NCBI GenBank assembly: GCA_964016885.1
Contig: OZ024740.1
Coordinates: forward strand, 330,398,001-330,462,000
DNA length: 64,000 nt
Source of the DNA: Eledone cirrhosa
Lineage: Eukaryota
Reading direction: 5' to 3'
The translations under genes and the position numbers were made by a program. Position 1 is the stretch's first letter. The number at the start of each line of letters is the position of its first letter. Positions 15,200 through 29,639 of this stretch are shown one piece after another. The notes below the pieces were generated by a model. That model saw nothing but the letters and a program-made list of their open reading frames with translations, had not been told where the DNA came from and made no database searches.

Positions 15200-16400
15200 G
15201 CCAATATTATTTGGTTAATGTTGATGTGATATTTTCCATATCATTCACATGCCACAACGCCCAATATGGCGTTGGAAAGAGTAGTTTGCGATTTTACAGT
15301 CGAGCCAAATAGCCAAAGCTTTTCATGCCGTCTATCGTTATTTATATTTTGTAATATTCCAGCTGCCAAATATTAATATTTACTGATTCCTCGATATTCT
15401 TTGGGGTCTCGGTATGCGTAACTTTTTATCGGTCCTTACCCCGACTACATGGTATATCGCAGACCTATCAACATTTATTGCATAGTAGATGGAGACCGCA
15501 ATATATTTTTTCGAAGTAGCACATCAACCAAAAACCTTAATACGACTTTTTCTAAGGAAAGAATCGTTGGACAGATGTTATGGGAAAATAATCCGACAAG
15601 AGACCCAGGTGTAGACTCGGACCAATATGCTTAAATAACATCAATGAGCTCGGTTGGTTTCGGATGGGGAGACGGTTTCATTTGACAAGATCCTCTGGAA
15701 GGACTGTCTGAGGAAACTGCTCCCATGACCCTGCCAGGAATAAATGGGTGACGAAAACGAAGAAGTGGTGTTTCTATTTTCAAACATTATTATGTCATGT
15801 TATAAGTCCAAGGTGGACGAGAGTATTCATGTTGGGACCGGTTGAAAGTAATAATAATAGGATGATGTTGTGAATATTTCTAGACAGGACATTCATAAGA
15901 ATCCTGGAACATATATTGCAGCCCATGTCAACATACGTCTCCTGTGTTATTGAATTCCACGAGGAGGTTCTCTCCTGAGGGAAGAGAATATGGTAACTTC
16001 CTTGCATCCTCTTTTTCGAAGTGGATTAATTTATATGTATCTTAGTTTAATAGTATGTTGTAGTTGTTTCGACGTCAATGGGCGAATAAACAAGCAGATC
16101 GATTGAAAGTATCTTCGGTCTTCCACTCCATAGAGGACATTCTGAAGCTTCGAATCATCTGAGAAGATTTTCATTTTGCTGTGTGTTTATAAGGTATATA
16201 TGGTAACTGATGTAAATAACGAAGAGAAGTGGACCTACACCAGCGCCTTGTGCAACGCTGCTACGGAAACTGATTGAGTGTGAACGTATTCCTTCGAACA
16301 CAAAAAAGCTTGTCTCTCTCCATCAAATACAATTTAGTTACTCAGTACTGCTAACATCAACTGCCAGTTGATATTAAAAGCATTGGGTAACTTTACAATG
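15200..16400. mobile_element. Ancient CR1/L2-group LINE relics (APE remnants on +, RT remnants on -)
   Basis: Plus: VYRRP, IVDGDRN, NPTR (ORF 15449-15634). Minus: SVAQGAGVGPLLFVIYI (~16205-16265) and KIFSDDSKL (~16143-16178). Confidence 0.6.
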
Positions 16401-19400
16401 ATCGACAATTATTCTAGTTGCTTGTGTTGGGACGTATATAATTATTATGTATGTGTCTGTTGATGTCTTTATTGTTTATACATCTACACATATGTGTGGT
16501 TCTGATAGCATATCCATATGGCAGCTATTTACGTTGTTACGTTTACAGTGAATGTATTATAAGTAAATCAAGTACAGCAACAGTGATGAATAACAACAAC
16601 GGGTACAAAATCAAGCGCAATTCTCTCCCACTATAATGTACGCATTCATATTTCTATGTATGTACACCAAATAATACTAAGACTTGTAGTGAATATAATT
16701 GTTTTTCAAGAAATCAATAATGCAGATCTTAAGTGCATAAGCTGCTATGTTTTTGTTCTGGAGTAAATATGTAACCAATGTAAGGCTTGACCAACTCGAT
16801 GTTGGTCATTGTGAAAGTATCTTTGATGACTTTAATGTTAACCTTGGAAGATATTTAATAGAATTACCTTCAAGTGTTTGTAAAATTTACAATAATAAGT
16901 TTACAATAATTATTAGTTATCTGCATTACACTATATAGCAATTTATATAATTATTTTGACTTTGAAGTCAGCACTCATGTTACATTTAGGATCAGTAATA
17001 TACCACCTCGTAATATAGCGCAGAAGGTTAATTGTCTATATCTGTAATTAGAAAATAAAACTGCTTCTTTGCAAAATTATAAATCAATAATAGGCTGTCT
17101 CTACGGCTTATCGTGTAGTTGGTAACCAGAAATACTGGTTTCAATGAACAGGTATAAACTACGATTAACAATCGCAATCGAGTACCACTCGGTGGTATAT
17201 GAGATACATTTTCTAAGGGTTTAAAATTAGCAGCTATGCCCGGCTAGTCACACACATCCTATCGAAACCTCTTTCCTATATTAAGGTTGGGGCTACTCGA
17301 AGGGTGGAGTATTGACGTCACAATGTCGACATCATCTTTATCAAAAAGATGAAATCTAAAATGGATTTTGATAGGATTTGAACACGAACCATACAAAGCA
17401 GAAACAATTAACCAAATCCATAACAAATCTGATAAATGTTGATTTTGACGTCACAACATTATGTATTTAGTTACTACCAAAGTCGAACTTGATTTTTTTC
17501 TGGATACATAAGTAAGGGAGGTTTAACATAATATTACATTTTATTAAAGAATTGAAATTCAGTAAATAAAGGAATTTAGTATAGAAATTAATATTCAATT
17601 CGTAGCTTCTATCAACTAATATAAGAAACTTTATTTTGGGAAAGAATTCAATTAGAATGCGGCAGCCTTTCTCTTGCAAATAATTCGTGGTGTATACCTT
17701 TGTTATGTATCCTTTAATTTAAGTAGTTGATTTTACAATAGTTTTTAGAAATGATTATTAAATCACTCACAAAATATTATTTATCAGACATGTTAAATTT
17801 AATATCTTCAAGCTGCGACTTCCTGTCACATTCAAAGGAGTATGATAATAACTAAACAAACACATTTTTATAAATATTCAGATGAGTGATATCGAATTAT
17901 ATAATGCTGGACAATCCAATTGCTACGATTGAAACGATCGTTTGATTGTGATAATTGGTAGGGAAAAATATAACTGTGATTAACTAGAAAAAAGATAAAT
18001 GTTTTGGAGATAGGTGGTGGTTTCAATGTAATTATCGGATATATATCTGTAGATATGAAATCGTATCATTGATAGAGCACAAATAAAAATAGATACAAAT
18101 TATCTAAATTATGAAAGTTCCTAATGTCACCCGATAGAGAAAAATGAATATTCGATTTATTGGTATCACGCAAAATCAGACGAGTATTGTCCTCCACCTT
18201 TTATATCTGCAAACATAGAAGAGATAGTGAAATATGTATCATGTCAGTGTGTTTAACATTCTCTATAAAATGCTGCAGAATAAATTTGCGTTAAACTGTC
18301 ACAGGAGGTTGTTCCAATCTTGTTCGGCGAAAGGTAACTGTTTCATACTGAAATAATATCGAAGTTATTTGCAACTTAACTTATGTTAATGGAGCAAACA
18401 ATTAAATCTGTATTAACAGTATATTAACAGCATATTAACACATCCTGAGAATCAGGATTTTTGTCGTTTTTAAATAATCCATTATAGTGTATTATATGCA
18501 GTATATTTGAGCTATATTTCAATAGAAGTGACTTTAAAGAGATCGATATTGTCTTCAAAGGAATACAGAGTGCGTTCATTTCATATGATGTTCTCTTTTA
18601 TTTATTACAACACATGTTGCTTTGAGTTTTATAGCAAATGTTTTTTTCCCACCGTACGTGCAATGTAACAACCAATTGTAATGCCAACATATATTCAAAA
18701 TCCAGATCATTTTCAATTCATAAAATAATCCAAATATACAAATGGAACTGCTGCATTTGAGAACGCTATGATATGTTGATACGCTTAAGTGTAACGACGT
18801 TTTATTACTTCTCTCTGACTAGAATGATAGATGATTCAATGATAAATGCAAAAGCAACTTGGAGAGGAATTTTGGCAATTATTTAGGGGTCAACCTGAAT
18901 GCATTCATTCTTTAACAGCTACTAACGTATGTGATTGTTCTATTGACTTCAATAAATAGAGAATTACGCATCATTAATCAACCAATCCACAGTACAGAAT
19001 TAGTGCCTAATGCACATTTCGCGAGGGCAGGGAATAAGATAATGTATCTCGATTTATTCGCAAATCCGATAGTTGTATATGACTTGATACGACATTATTT
19101 ATAGCTTGATGGAATTTGATAAATAGTCACCATTAAAACAGTACATATATATCTAAGCCATCACCGTGCACGTTGCAAGTATTGCTTTAAAAATTAATTC
19201 ATTATTTCCAACGTCATCTAAGGGTCAATATGAATATATCCAAAGAAATCAGATACATAGAGAAAATGAGAAAAAAGAGTGAGACATTCCAGATATGAGA
19301 TATAGCAAAAGGAAAGAGTTTGGGGACTTATAGATATACGAATTACATTCTCTTCAAGACTTTATCAACACATAGAGATAAGGAGACGCAAACCATGTAT

Positions 19401-20089
19401 GTAATGTAGAAAAACGTTTTCAAATCGAAGCATTATGTTGTACAAATTAAATGGAGAGAATGATTGCATTTACTTATATAAAACGTAAAAGTTTACAGAT
19501 TTGATATAACTATTTCTACACCTAATGTATAACGACATGTTATACGTAATGATATAATAAATGGTTGACAATAATAAAACAATGACATTACGTTCCAAAA
19601 CGGGTTTACTTATAAATTGGCCATTGTTGAATAGCATTATTCACAAAGGAAGGTGTTCAATCTACTAATATATGACGTTGTTATAAATGTATGGCATACA
19701 ATGCTACTCATATGAATATAATAGCCCTGATGAGAATTACAGATGTCTGTTGATACCTATTTACATTATCACCTATCAACATAATACATAATGACGGCCA
19801 TCACTGACTGACGTATCTGATTCTAAAACTTTGATCATATAATCATATATATAAAAGCAAAATTTCACATGATATAGTTTAACAATTTTATTGGTTTTAG
19901 TAAATGGAAAGCAGTCTTTGATATGAAAGCCAGCATGTATTTTAGTTTCATTATTTTAACTATACCAAAATATAAAATGAGAAATACATATTTTATAAAT
20001 GAAATGTCGAATATAAGATTTTTGTATATCAATACGTGTAAAATATAAATACCCCCCCCACACACACACACGCACACACACAGATAGAA

Positions 20090-20175
<86 letters not shown>

Positions 20176-20362
20176 ATATATAGATAAATCTATCAAAATA
20201 TACGGTAGTGTCCAATCCGTATGAAGGACTCAATGTAATCCAAATATCGTGAAAAGAGAAGATGTATTCAAATTTTTTCGATGAAAAACACAGGAAAACA
20301 GAGTCAAGTTAAATAAAAATAATGAATAAAAACAAAGAAAGAGTTCCTTATATTAACAAAAT

Positions 20363-20500
20363 TATCATTTTACGATCGTTTCTAGGATATATATGTGTGT
20401 GTTGGTATGTATATCATATAGATCTATGTAAACATTTTACAAACTCTCCGAGGGAATATACATACCTACACATATATATGCCGTCTTCAGAAATAATGAT
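20363..20500 (-). ncRNA. Type I hammerhead in the PLE pLTR (left arm), ~100-nt stem II
   Basis: Minus strand: atcattattt-CTGAAGA-[hairpin atatatatgtgt..ggtatgtatat / atatacatacc..acacatatatat]-GAAAC-gatc-GTA-aaatgat. Confidence 0.78.
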
Positions 20501-22000
20501 ATTTGTTTATTGAAAAAAACAACAATGATTTAATATAATAGGTCTGTTTGGGAACTGGTTTTGAATTTACAAATAGAAAAGTAGTAACTGGTCAAGTTGA
20601 TAGAATAGTAGTAGTAGAAATTTAATTTATTGGTAGAGGAATGCAGACTTCAGTTTTGAATGGAAAGAGTATTTTGAATGAAAATATTACTTTGTGGATG
20701 AAAATAGGTCAAGCCGGTGAAAGGTACACGAAAAATTGATGTTATTAAAGAATAATGCTAATGTTAAAATCTAAGGAGAATAACATTTTACGATAAATGT
20801 ATTAGTAAAAAAATATCAATCTTATTTAAAACATAAGGAATTTAGATCTATAAAAAGAAATTAAATTAGTTTAATTGATAGGTATATTTATAGGGATACA
20901 TTTTATATTAATTCATATAGATATGATAAATAAGATGTTATTAAAGAATGTTGTTAAAAACGAAGGAAAAAAATTGTTTTTAGGGGGGGGGGATAAATGT
21001 ATTAGTGAGAAATAACAAACTTATATAGATTACAAGGAATTTAGATTCATAACAGGAAATTAAAATAGTTTATATGTATACTTATTGGTATACATTTTAG
21101 GAAAAGATAGCTGAAAAAGGGAAATAAAATTATGCAGTTCTTAGTAGTAGAATATTAATTATAGGTTAACTAATTTAAAAAAAAATAATTATAATAATTT
21201 GTAAAATATATGTGTATATTAATTAGGTTTATAATATTTGAAAGTTTTTCTAATTCTATGATTGCACGATATAATTAATTCTCGTCGCTTATTTAATAGG
21301 ATATCCTTAGATTTCATTATTTCAAAAAGTTCTGGGAACATAATCTCTTCATATCTCTTATTTTGATACGGGGTGGCCCTTTTGAGCACACTCCAGGTCA
21401 GGTTATAATCGATATTCTTTTTTCTATAATTATTAATTATTTCAGCTAAGGATGTGGTATTAGCTAATGCGGCATTTTTAAAACTGTGCTTGTGGGTATT
21501 AAATCTTACATTAAATTGGTTAGAAGTAGCTCTATATATGAATAAATTGAGTCCTTAGTCCTAATTTTACAATTATATACTATGTTATTAACAAGGCAAT
21601 TTCCTTTTAATGGGCAATTTGATTTATTTCTACAGTTACAACCTTTCGTGAATGTTATATCAGGGGAGTTAGTTGAATTATGTGTGGAATTTTCTCGACT
21701 TGTATGTGAATGAGATGGTGGTTTGCTGTGGTTTATTTTAGTATTATGGTTAGTTTGATGTGTTGGTGGTATATTCATGTTTCTTTTACATTTATATAAA
21801 TACCATCACATTTTAAATAGATCAACGGTCAAATTCTCCTACTCCACAACCAAAAATATACAACAAAATATAAGTGCCTACAATGTATACGCATGTAAAA
21901 AAACCATGAATATACCAACACATCAAACTAACCATAATACTAAAATAAACCACAGCAAACCACCATCTCATTCACATACAAGTCGAGCAATTTCACGAAA

Positions 22001-22428
22001 GGTTGTAACTGTAGAAACAAAGCAAATTGCCTATTAAAAGGAAATTCCCTTATTAATAACATAGTATATAAATGTAAAATTAGCACTAAGGACTCAATTT
22101 ATTCATATATAGGAGCTAATTCTAACCAATTTAATGTAAGATTTAATACCCACAAACACAGTTTTAAAAATGCCGTATTAGCTAATACCACATCCTAAGC
22201 TGAAATAATTAATAATTATAGAAAAAAGAATATCGATTATAACCTGGTCTGGAGTGTGCTCAAAAGGGCCACCCCTTATCAAAATAAGAGATATGAATGT
22301 AGATTATGTTCCCAGGAACTTTTTGAAATAATGAAATCTAAGGATATCCCATTAAATAAGCGACAATAATTAATTATATCGTGCAATCATAGAATTAGAA
22401 AAACTTTCAAATATTATAAACCTAATTA
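22001..22428 (+). pseudogene. PLE CxCx5Cx5C linker and GIY-YIG endonuclease (disrupted); mirror copy at ~21220-21650 on minus
   Basis: Manual translation: GCNCRNKANCLLKGNSLINNIVYKCKISTKDSIYSYIGANSNQFNVRFNTHKHSF...CRLCSQELFEI...LNKRQ*LIISCNHR. Confidence 0.88.
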
Positions 22429-23150
22429 ATATACACATATATTTTACAAATTATTATAATTATTTTTTTAAAAATTAGTTAACTTATAATTAATATTCTA
22501 CTACTAAGAACTGCATAATTTTATTTCCCTTTTACAGCTATCTTTTCCTAAAATGTATACCAATAAGAATACATATAAACTATTTTAATTTCTTGTTATG
22601 AATCTAAATTCCTTGTAATCTATATAAGTTTGTTATTTCTCACTAATACATTTATCCCCCCAAAACAATTTGTTTTCCTTCGTTTTTAACAACATTCTTT
22701 AATAACATCTAACTCTTATCATATCTATATGAAATAATATAAATGTATCCCTATAAATATACTTATCAATTAAATTAATTTAATTTCTTTTTATAGATCT
22801 AAATTCCTTATGTTTTAAATAATATTGATATTTTTCACTAATACATTTATCGTAAAATGTTATTCTCCTTAGATTTTAACATTAGCATTATTCTTTAATA
22901 ACATCAATTTTTCGTGTACCTTTCACCGGCTTGACCTATTTTCATCCCAAAGTAAACTTTTCATTCAAAATAGTCTTTCCATTCAAAACTGAAGTCTGCA
23001 TTCCTCTACCCATAAAGTAAATTTCTACTACTACTATTCTATCAACTTGACCACTTACTACTTTTCTATTGTCAATTCAAAACCTATTCCCAAACAGACC
23101 TATTATATTAAATTTGTGTTGGTTTTTTCAATAAACAAATATCATTATTT

Positions 23151-23332
23151 CGGTGAATTGGCAGTATCGGTAGAGGGTTGGACGCCATGCTTTCTAGCAT
23201 AGTTACGTCCCTTTACAGTATGAGTTCAAATCCCGCCGAGGTTAACTTTGCGTTTCATCCTTACGGTGTCGCTAAAATAAAGTACCAGTAATGTACTGGA
23301 TAATTGCTGGCCTTGTGCCTAAAGTAGAAACA
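23151..23332 (+). mobile_element. Nin-domain SINE inserted into the right arm of the PLE palindrome
   Basis: Absent from the left arm. TSD attattt(c). Same A/B boxes and Nin core as the other copies. Confidence 0.92.
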
Positions 23333-23468
23333 ATTATTTCTGAAGACAACATATATATGTGTAGGTATGTATATTCCCTCTGATAGTTTGTAAAATTTGT
23401 ACATAGATCTATATGATATACATACAAACACACACATATATATCCTAGAAACGATCGTAAAATGATGA
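23333..23468 (+). ncRNA. Type I hammerhead in the PLE pLTR (right arm); predicted cleavage after 23459
   Basis: attattt-CTGAAGA(23340-23346)...GAAAC(23448-23452)-gatc-GTA-aaatgat. Confidence 0.76.
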
Positions 23469-23519
23469 ATTTTCTAATATAAGGAACTGTTTCATTGTTT
23501 TTATTCATTATTTTTATTA

Positions 23520-23554
<35 letters not shown>

Positions 23555-23558
<4 letters not shown>

Positions 23559-24581
23559 GAAAAAGTTAAACGAAATTTCATTTCCCACTCTTAGTACGGC
23601 TGTTACTTAAATATGGGTATGTATTCGTAAATACATATATGTATACAGACGTACAGTAGTATGTATATATATACATATATGCACACATATATATATGTAC
23701 GTATGGATTTACCAAGCATTTATTATAATGCTAGGTTTGTTTGTAAACAAACATCCCGAATTAAGCCGTACAGTGTTTAGCAAACATCGTTGCCCTTTTG
23801 TTCAAAACTGACAAAAAAGCGATGTACTAGTTTCAAGCTTATTAGCTATCGTCAGCACCGTATACCTTCCTGCCACATGATTGAACGTCTGAAAGTATAT
23901 GCTTTCCTTATGCATATTAACGTCTGACCAGCCTAACTTGCATATCGAGTGAGTTAATCGGCCTGGCGCACCAAAAACGATAAATGGAAAAAATGAAACG
24001 AAATTTCATTTCTCACTCTTAGTACGGCTGTTACTTAAATATAAGTATGTATACGTACATACACATATGTATACAGACAAACCGAGCATTATAATAAATG
24101 CTCGGTAAATCCATACGTACATATACATATTTGTGCATGTCTGTATATACTACTGTACGTCTGTATACATATATGTAAGAGTGAGTAATGAAATTTCGTT
24201 TCAGGTTTTCCATTTATCATTTTCGATGCGCCCGACCGATTAACTCAGTCGATATGCAACTTAGGCTGCCCAGCCGTTAATATGCATGAGGAAAGTATAT
24301 ACTTTCCAACGCTCAGTCATCTGACAGGAAGGTATACGATGCTGACAATAGCTAATAAGGTTGAAACTAGTACATCGTTCCTTTGTCAGTGTTGAACAAA
24401 AGAGCGACCATGGTTGCCAAACTGAGTACGGCTTAATTCGGGATGTATGTTTACAAACAAACCGAGCATTATAATAAATGCTCGGTAAATCCATACGTAT
24501 ATATATATATGTGTGTGCATGTATGTATAGATATACATACTGCTGTACGTCTGTATACATATATGTATGTACGTATACATA

Positions 24582-24585
<4 letters not shown>
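23555..24585. mobile_element. HHR family A, locus 2: minus-strand partial tandem (23555-24078) joined to plus-strand partial tandem (24079-24585)
   Basis: Monomer period ~427 nt (terminal block at 23555 and 23981). HHRs at 23820-23861 (-, intact core) and 24336-24378 (+, core mutated to CTGACAA). TA tracts on both sides. Confidence 0.88.
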
Positions 24586-24642
<57 letters not shown>

Positions 24643-24646
<4 letters not shown>

Positions 24647-25072
24647 ATTTGAATGGATACAGTTTAGTTGAAAGGAATTTATTGACACGTGTTTCTATAA
24701 CAGTTACATAACCTAAAACAGCTATCTACAAACTTTTAGTTATGCAGACATTCAATATTTCAATGTTATTATTTACTGTCATTTCATCAGAATAATTCAT
24801 CAGAATAATTATTCTGATGAAATGACAGTAAATAATAACATCGAAATATTGAATGTCTGCATAACTAAAAGTTTGTAGATAGCTGTTTTAGGTTATGTAA
24901 CTGTTATAGAAACACGTGTCAATAAATTCCTTTCAACTAAACTGTATCCATTCAAATCTTTCTATTTTTCTCCGGATTACTTTTGGAACTACAACTGGAA
25001 CCGTCGAGCAAACTCTACGTGAGCTGATAATCTACTGTGTGTAATATTTATATTACAACACAACGGAAAATA

Positions 25073-25075
<3 letters not shown>
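24643..25075. mobile_element. Fold-back element in (TA)n: near-perfect palindrome 24643-24962 plus unique tail to 25075
   Basis: Arms are almost identical reverse complements. The centre has a duplicated tcatcagaataat. Confidence 0.9.
24807..24928 (+). ncRNA. Type I hammerhead (family C) with ~90-nt stem II; cleavage after 24920 (GUC); mirror copy ~24677-24796 on minus
   Basis: ttatt-CTGATGA-a-atgacagt...actgttat-a-GAAAC-acgt-GTC-aataa. Confidence 0.82.
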
Positions 25076-25109
<34 letters not shown>

Positions 25110-25149
25110 CGAAACATAAGTCAATTCCATGAACTCATAATCCTTTATT

Positions 25150-25207
25150 TACTGCTATACATATTTCGATGATAGCCATTGAATGACTATAACGTCATCA
25201 GAGAGTT
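25150..25207 (-). ncRNA. Degenerate hammerhead motif in a ~160-bp insert between TA tracts
   Basis: Minus strand: CTGATGA-cgtt-atagtcatt-c-aatggctat-catc-GAAA-tatgta. Stem I is poor. Confidence 0.5.
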
Positions 25208-25261
25208 AGTCAGTTCTTAAATATGCCAGCTCTGTGTGTATAGTGTTGATGGTATCAGAGC

Positions 25262-26411
<1,150 letters not shown>

Positions 26412-26427
26412 TATATATATATAAATA

Positions 26428-26906
26428 AATGGAAAAGAATGAAATGACACTTCATTTCTCAGTCTTAGGATGGTTGATACTTAAATGTAAGTATGTATGC
26501 GTACATACATATATGTATACAGACGTACAGTAGTATGTATATATATACATACATGCACACATATATATATGTACGTATGGCTTTACCGAACATTTATTAT
26601 GATGTTCGGTTTTTTTGTAAACAAACTGCCCGAATTAAGCCGTAGAGTGTTCGGCAGCCATCGTCGCAAATTAGACTGCTCAGCCGTTAATATGCATAAG
26701 GAAAGTATATAATTTCAAAAGTTCATTCATCTGACAGGAATGTATACGATGCTGACGATAGCTAATAAGCTTGAAACTAGTTCATCGTTCCTTTGTCAGT
26801 GTTGAAAAAATGGGCGACGATGGTCGCCGAACACTGTACGGCTTAATTAGGGCTGTTTGTTTACAAACGAACCGAACATTATAATAAATGTTCGGTTAAC
26901 CCATAC

Positions 26907-26970
<64 letters not shown>

Positions 26971-27935
26971 ATGTATGTATATATATACATACTACTGTAC
27001 GTCTGTATGCATATATTAATGTACGTATACATACTTACATTTAAGTATCAGAAGTACTAAGAGTAACAAATTTCATTACATTTCATTCTTTTCCATTTAT
27101 CGTTTACGTTACGCCAGGCCAACTAACTCACTCGATATGCAAATTAGGCACCTCAGCCGTTAATATGCATGAGGAAAATATATACATCCAAACGTTCAAT
27201 CATCTGACAGGAAGGTATATGATGCTGACGATAGCTAATAAGCTTGAAACTAGTACATCGATTTTTTTTGTCAGTGTTGAACAAAAGGCCGACGATGGTT
27301 GCCGAACACTGATCGGCTAATAATTCGGGCTGTTTGTTTACAAACAAACCGAACATTATAATAAATGTTTGGTAAACCCATACGCACATATATATACATA
27401 TATATATGTGTGTGCATGTATGTATATACATAGTACTGTACGTCTGTATACATATATGTATGTATACATACTTAAATATATATAAATATATATATATATA
27501 TATAAATGGAATAGAATGAAACGAAATTTCATTTCTCACTCTTAATACGGCACTTACTTAAATCAAAGTATGTATGTATGTATACGTACATACATATATG
27601 TATACAGATGTACAGTAGTATGCATATATATACATACATGCACATATATATATATGCACGTATCGGTTTACCGAACATTTATTATAATGCTCGGTGTGTT
27701 TTTTTGTAAACAAACAAACAGCCCGAATTACGCCGTACAGTGTTTAGGTAAGCACGTCACCTTTTTGTTCAACACTGACAGGAACCCATGTACTAGTTTC
27801 AAGCTTATTAGCTATCGTCAGCATCGTATACCTTCCTGCCAAATGGCTGAACGTCTGAAAGTATATACTTTCCTTATGCATATTAACGGTTGAGCAGCCT
27901 AATTTGCATATCGAGTGAGTGCAGTCGACCGGGTA
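26428..27935. mobile_element. HHR family A, locus 3: inverted stub, head-to-tail dimer on plus (26665-27476), and a minus copy (27503-27935)
   Basis: HHRs at 26746-26788 (+, GUU), 27219-27261 (+, GUA) and 27785-27827 (-, GUA). The plus-strand HHRs are 473 nt apart. Confidence 0.88.
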
Positions 27936-27960
27936 CGTATACATACATACATACTTACAC

Positions 27961-28037
<77 letters not shown>

Positions 28038-28183
28038 CTTATACACACACTAACAAACCACGTCCATATATATATATATGGACGTGGTTTGTTATTGTGT
28101 GAATAAGGGTGCGATTTACTATCACCAGGGAAATAAGAACATAATTATACTCTTCCTACTCATTATCATCATCATCATCTCCA

Positions 28184-28243
<60 letters not shown>

Positions 28244-28250
28244 CACTACA
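28184..28250 (+). repeat. (CTA)n microsatellite with adjacent (CAT)n and (TAA)n
   Basis: Direct reading. Confidence 0.9.
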
Positions 28251-29595
28251 TGTGCAATAATAATAATAATAACACAGCTGGAATACGCCCCATCATTCTT
28301 GGAGGGTATGTGTGAATATATATATATATCAATGACGCTAATACATATCCCTACAGTAATGTAAATCTTTGTTTCTATTTTTATTTCAAACATTAACTGA
28401 CACACTTGGACATGATTCACTATGATTTTCCCATTGCAGTAAATTATCTTTGAGACCTGAGTGAATTTCAATCTGTTTCAACTTGATAGTAACATCCACT
28501 GAGAAGGACAGTCAATAAAACCCACACCTAGGAGATAGGTATATTTTGCTTCTTTCAAAATTCACCATACATTGGTTGTTTCTCCCATGAATATTTCTAT
28601 ACTAGACCGGTCTCGAACCTATTCTATAACACACAAGCTTACGAAATACTTCAACATAATAGCTTGCCTCCGTATTCTTAGATGTAGAATTTACTCATGT
28701 ATACTTGAATTATCTTCGAAGAGGTACAGAAAACTAGCACATAGCTGCACCGAAGTAGCAGCGCATTATGTGAAATTATTGAGAAAGAACAGACTTACTT
28801 AAAATATACCTTGACTTTATAAATGAGAAATGTATGGTCATCTCAGTTGAACCTTATATTATTATTTTAATATATTATCCCATCAACAAACAGAGTTTAA
28901 TTTTGTAACACCACTGAATAATATACACTTTCATTAGAATACAGGATGAAATCTCAATTTCAAAACAGATATGACTTAAGCCAGATAATTCATCGTCGTA
29001 TATATTTTTTATATATATCGGGATCTATTCCTACGAATAATCATCATTTAAAGTCAACCGTACAACTCCATAATATCATTCTCTCTATAAACGTGTGGCA
29101 AATTATATATCTAAGTCAATACAATAAAAAGAATAGCCAGATATATGTGACATGCAATATAATACAATTGATGCAATTGGATAAATCGTGTATAAATACG
29201 AGGAGAGGAAGCTCATAAGGCAATTATAAAAAATATCTACGAAGTAAACGTCAGAGGGTTGTAAAAAAAAAGAGTGAAAGAAGCCAACATATAAAATTCA
29301 GCAAGTTTATATATAGAGAGATTTGAATGTTGGTAACAAATAAAGAATCAAATATAAAAATAAATACAGCGAAAACAGAAATATAATTTAATTGAATCGT
29401 TTTGCTATAGGAGTATTCAGAAATAAATATATTCACTCAAAAACACACATGCGTATAAGTATGTCATATTATATCAAGCGTTAAACTAATGCATTTCCTT
29501 ATTGTACTCTATTGTTTGCTTCGTTGTTTCCGTTAAGTTTCGCATTCATTCACACACACCTAACCACAAACACACACCCACACCCACACCCACAC

Positions 29596-29639
<44 letters not shown>

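Larger units (their letters stand above)
20312..23520. mobile_element. 3.2-kb palindromic Penelope-like element: two 5'-truncated 3' halves (GIY-YIG, long 3' UTR, pLTR) joined head-to-head
   Basis: Left arm ~20312-21777 (-) and right arm ~21905-23520 (+) are reverse complements. They encode NRSTVKFSYSTT, GCNCRNKSNCPLKGNCL, NIVY..YIG, F..RF..HKHSF, W..LK.A.PY, C.LC..E, LNKR..L...C.HR. The right end abuts (TA)n. Confidence 0.92.

Noticed and set aside
21506-22430. Naiad-type PLE or selenoprotein recoding
   Set aside because: The endonuclease is C-terminal to RT-thumb motifs, HHRs are present, and the stops are TAA or frameshifts rather than conserved TGA at Cys positions.
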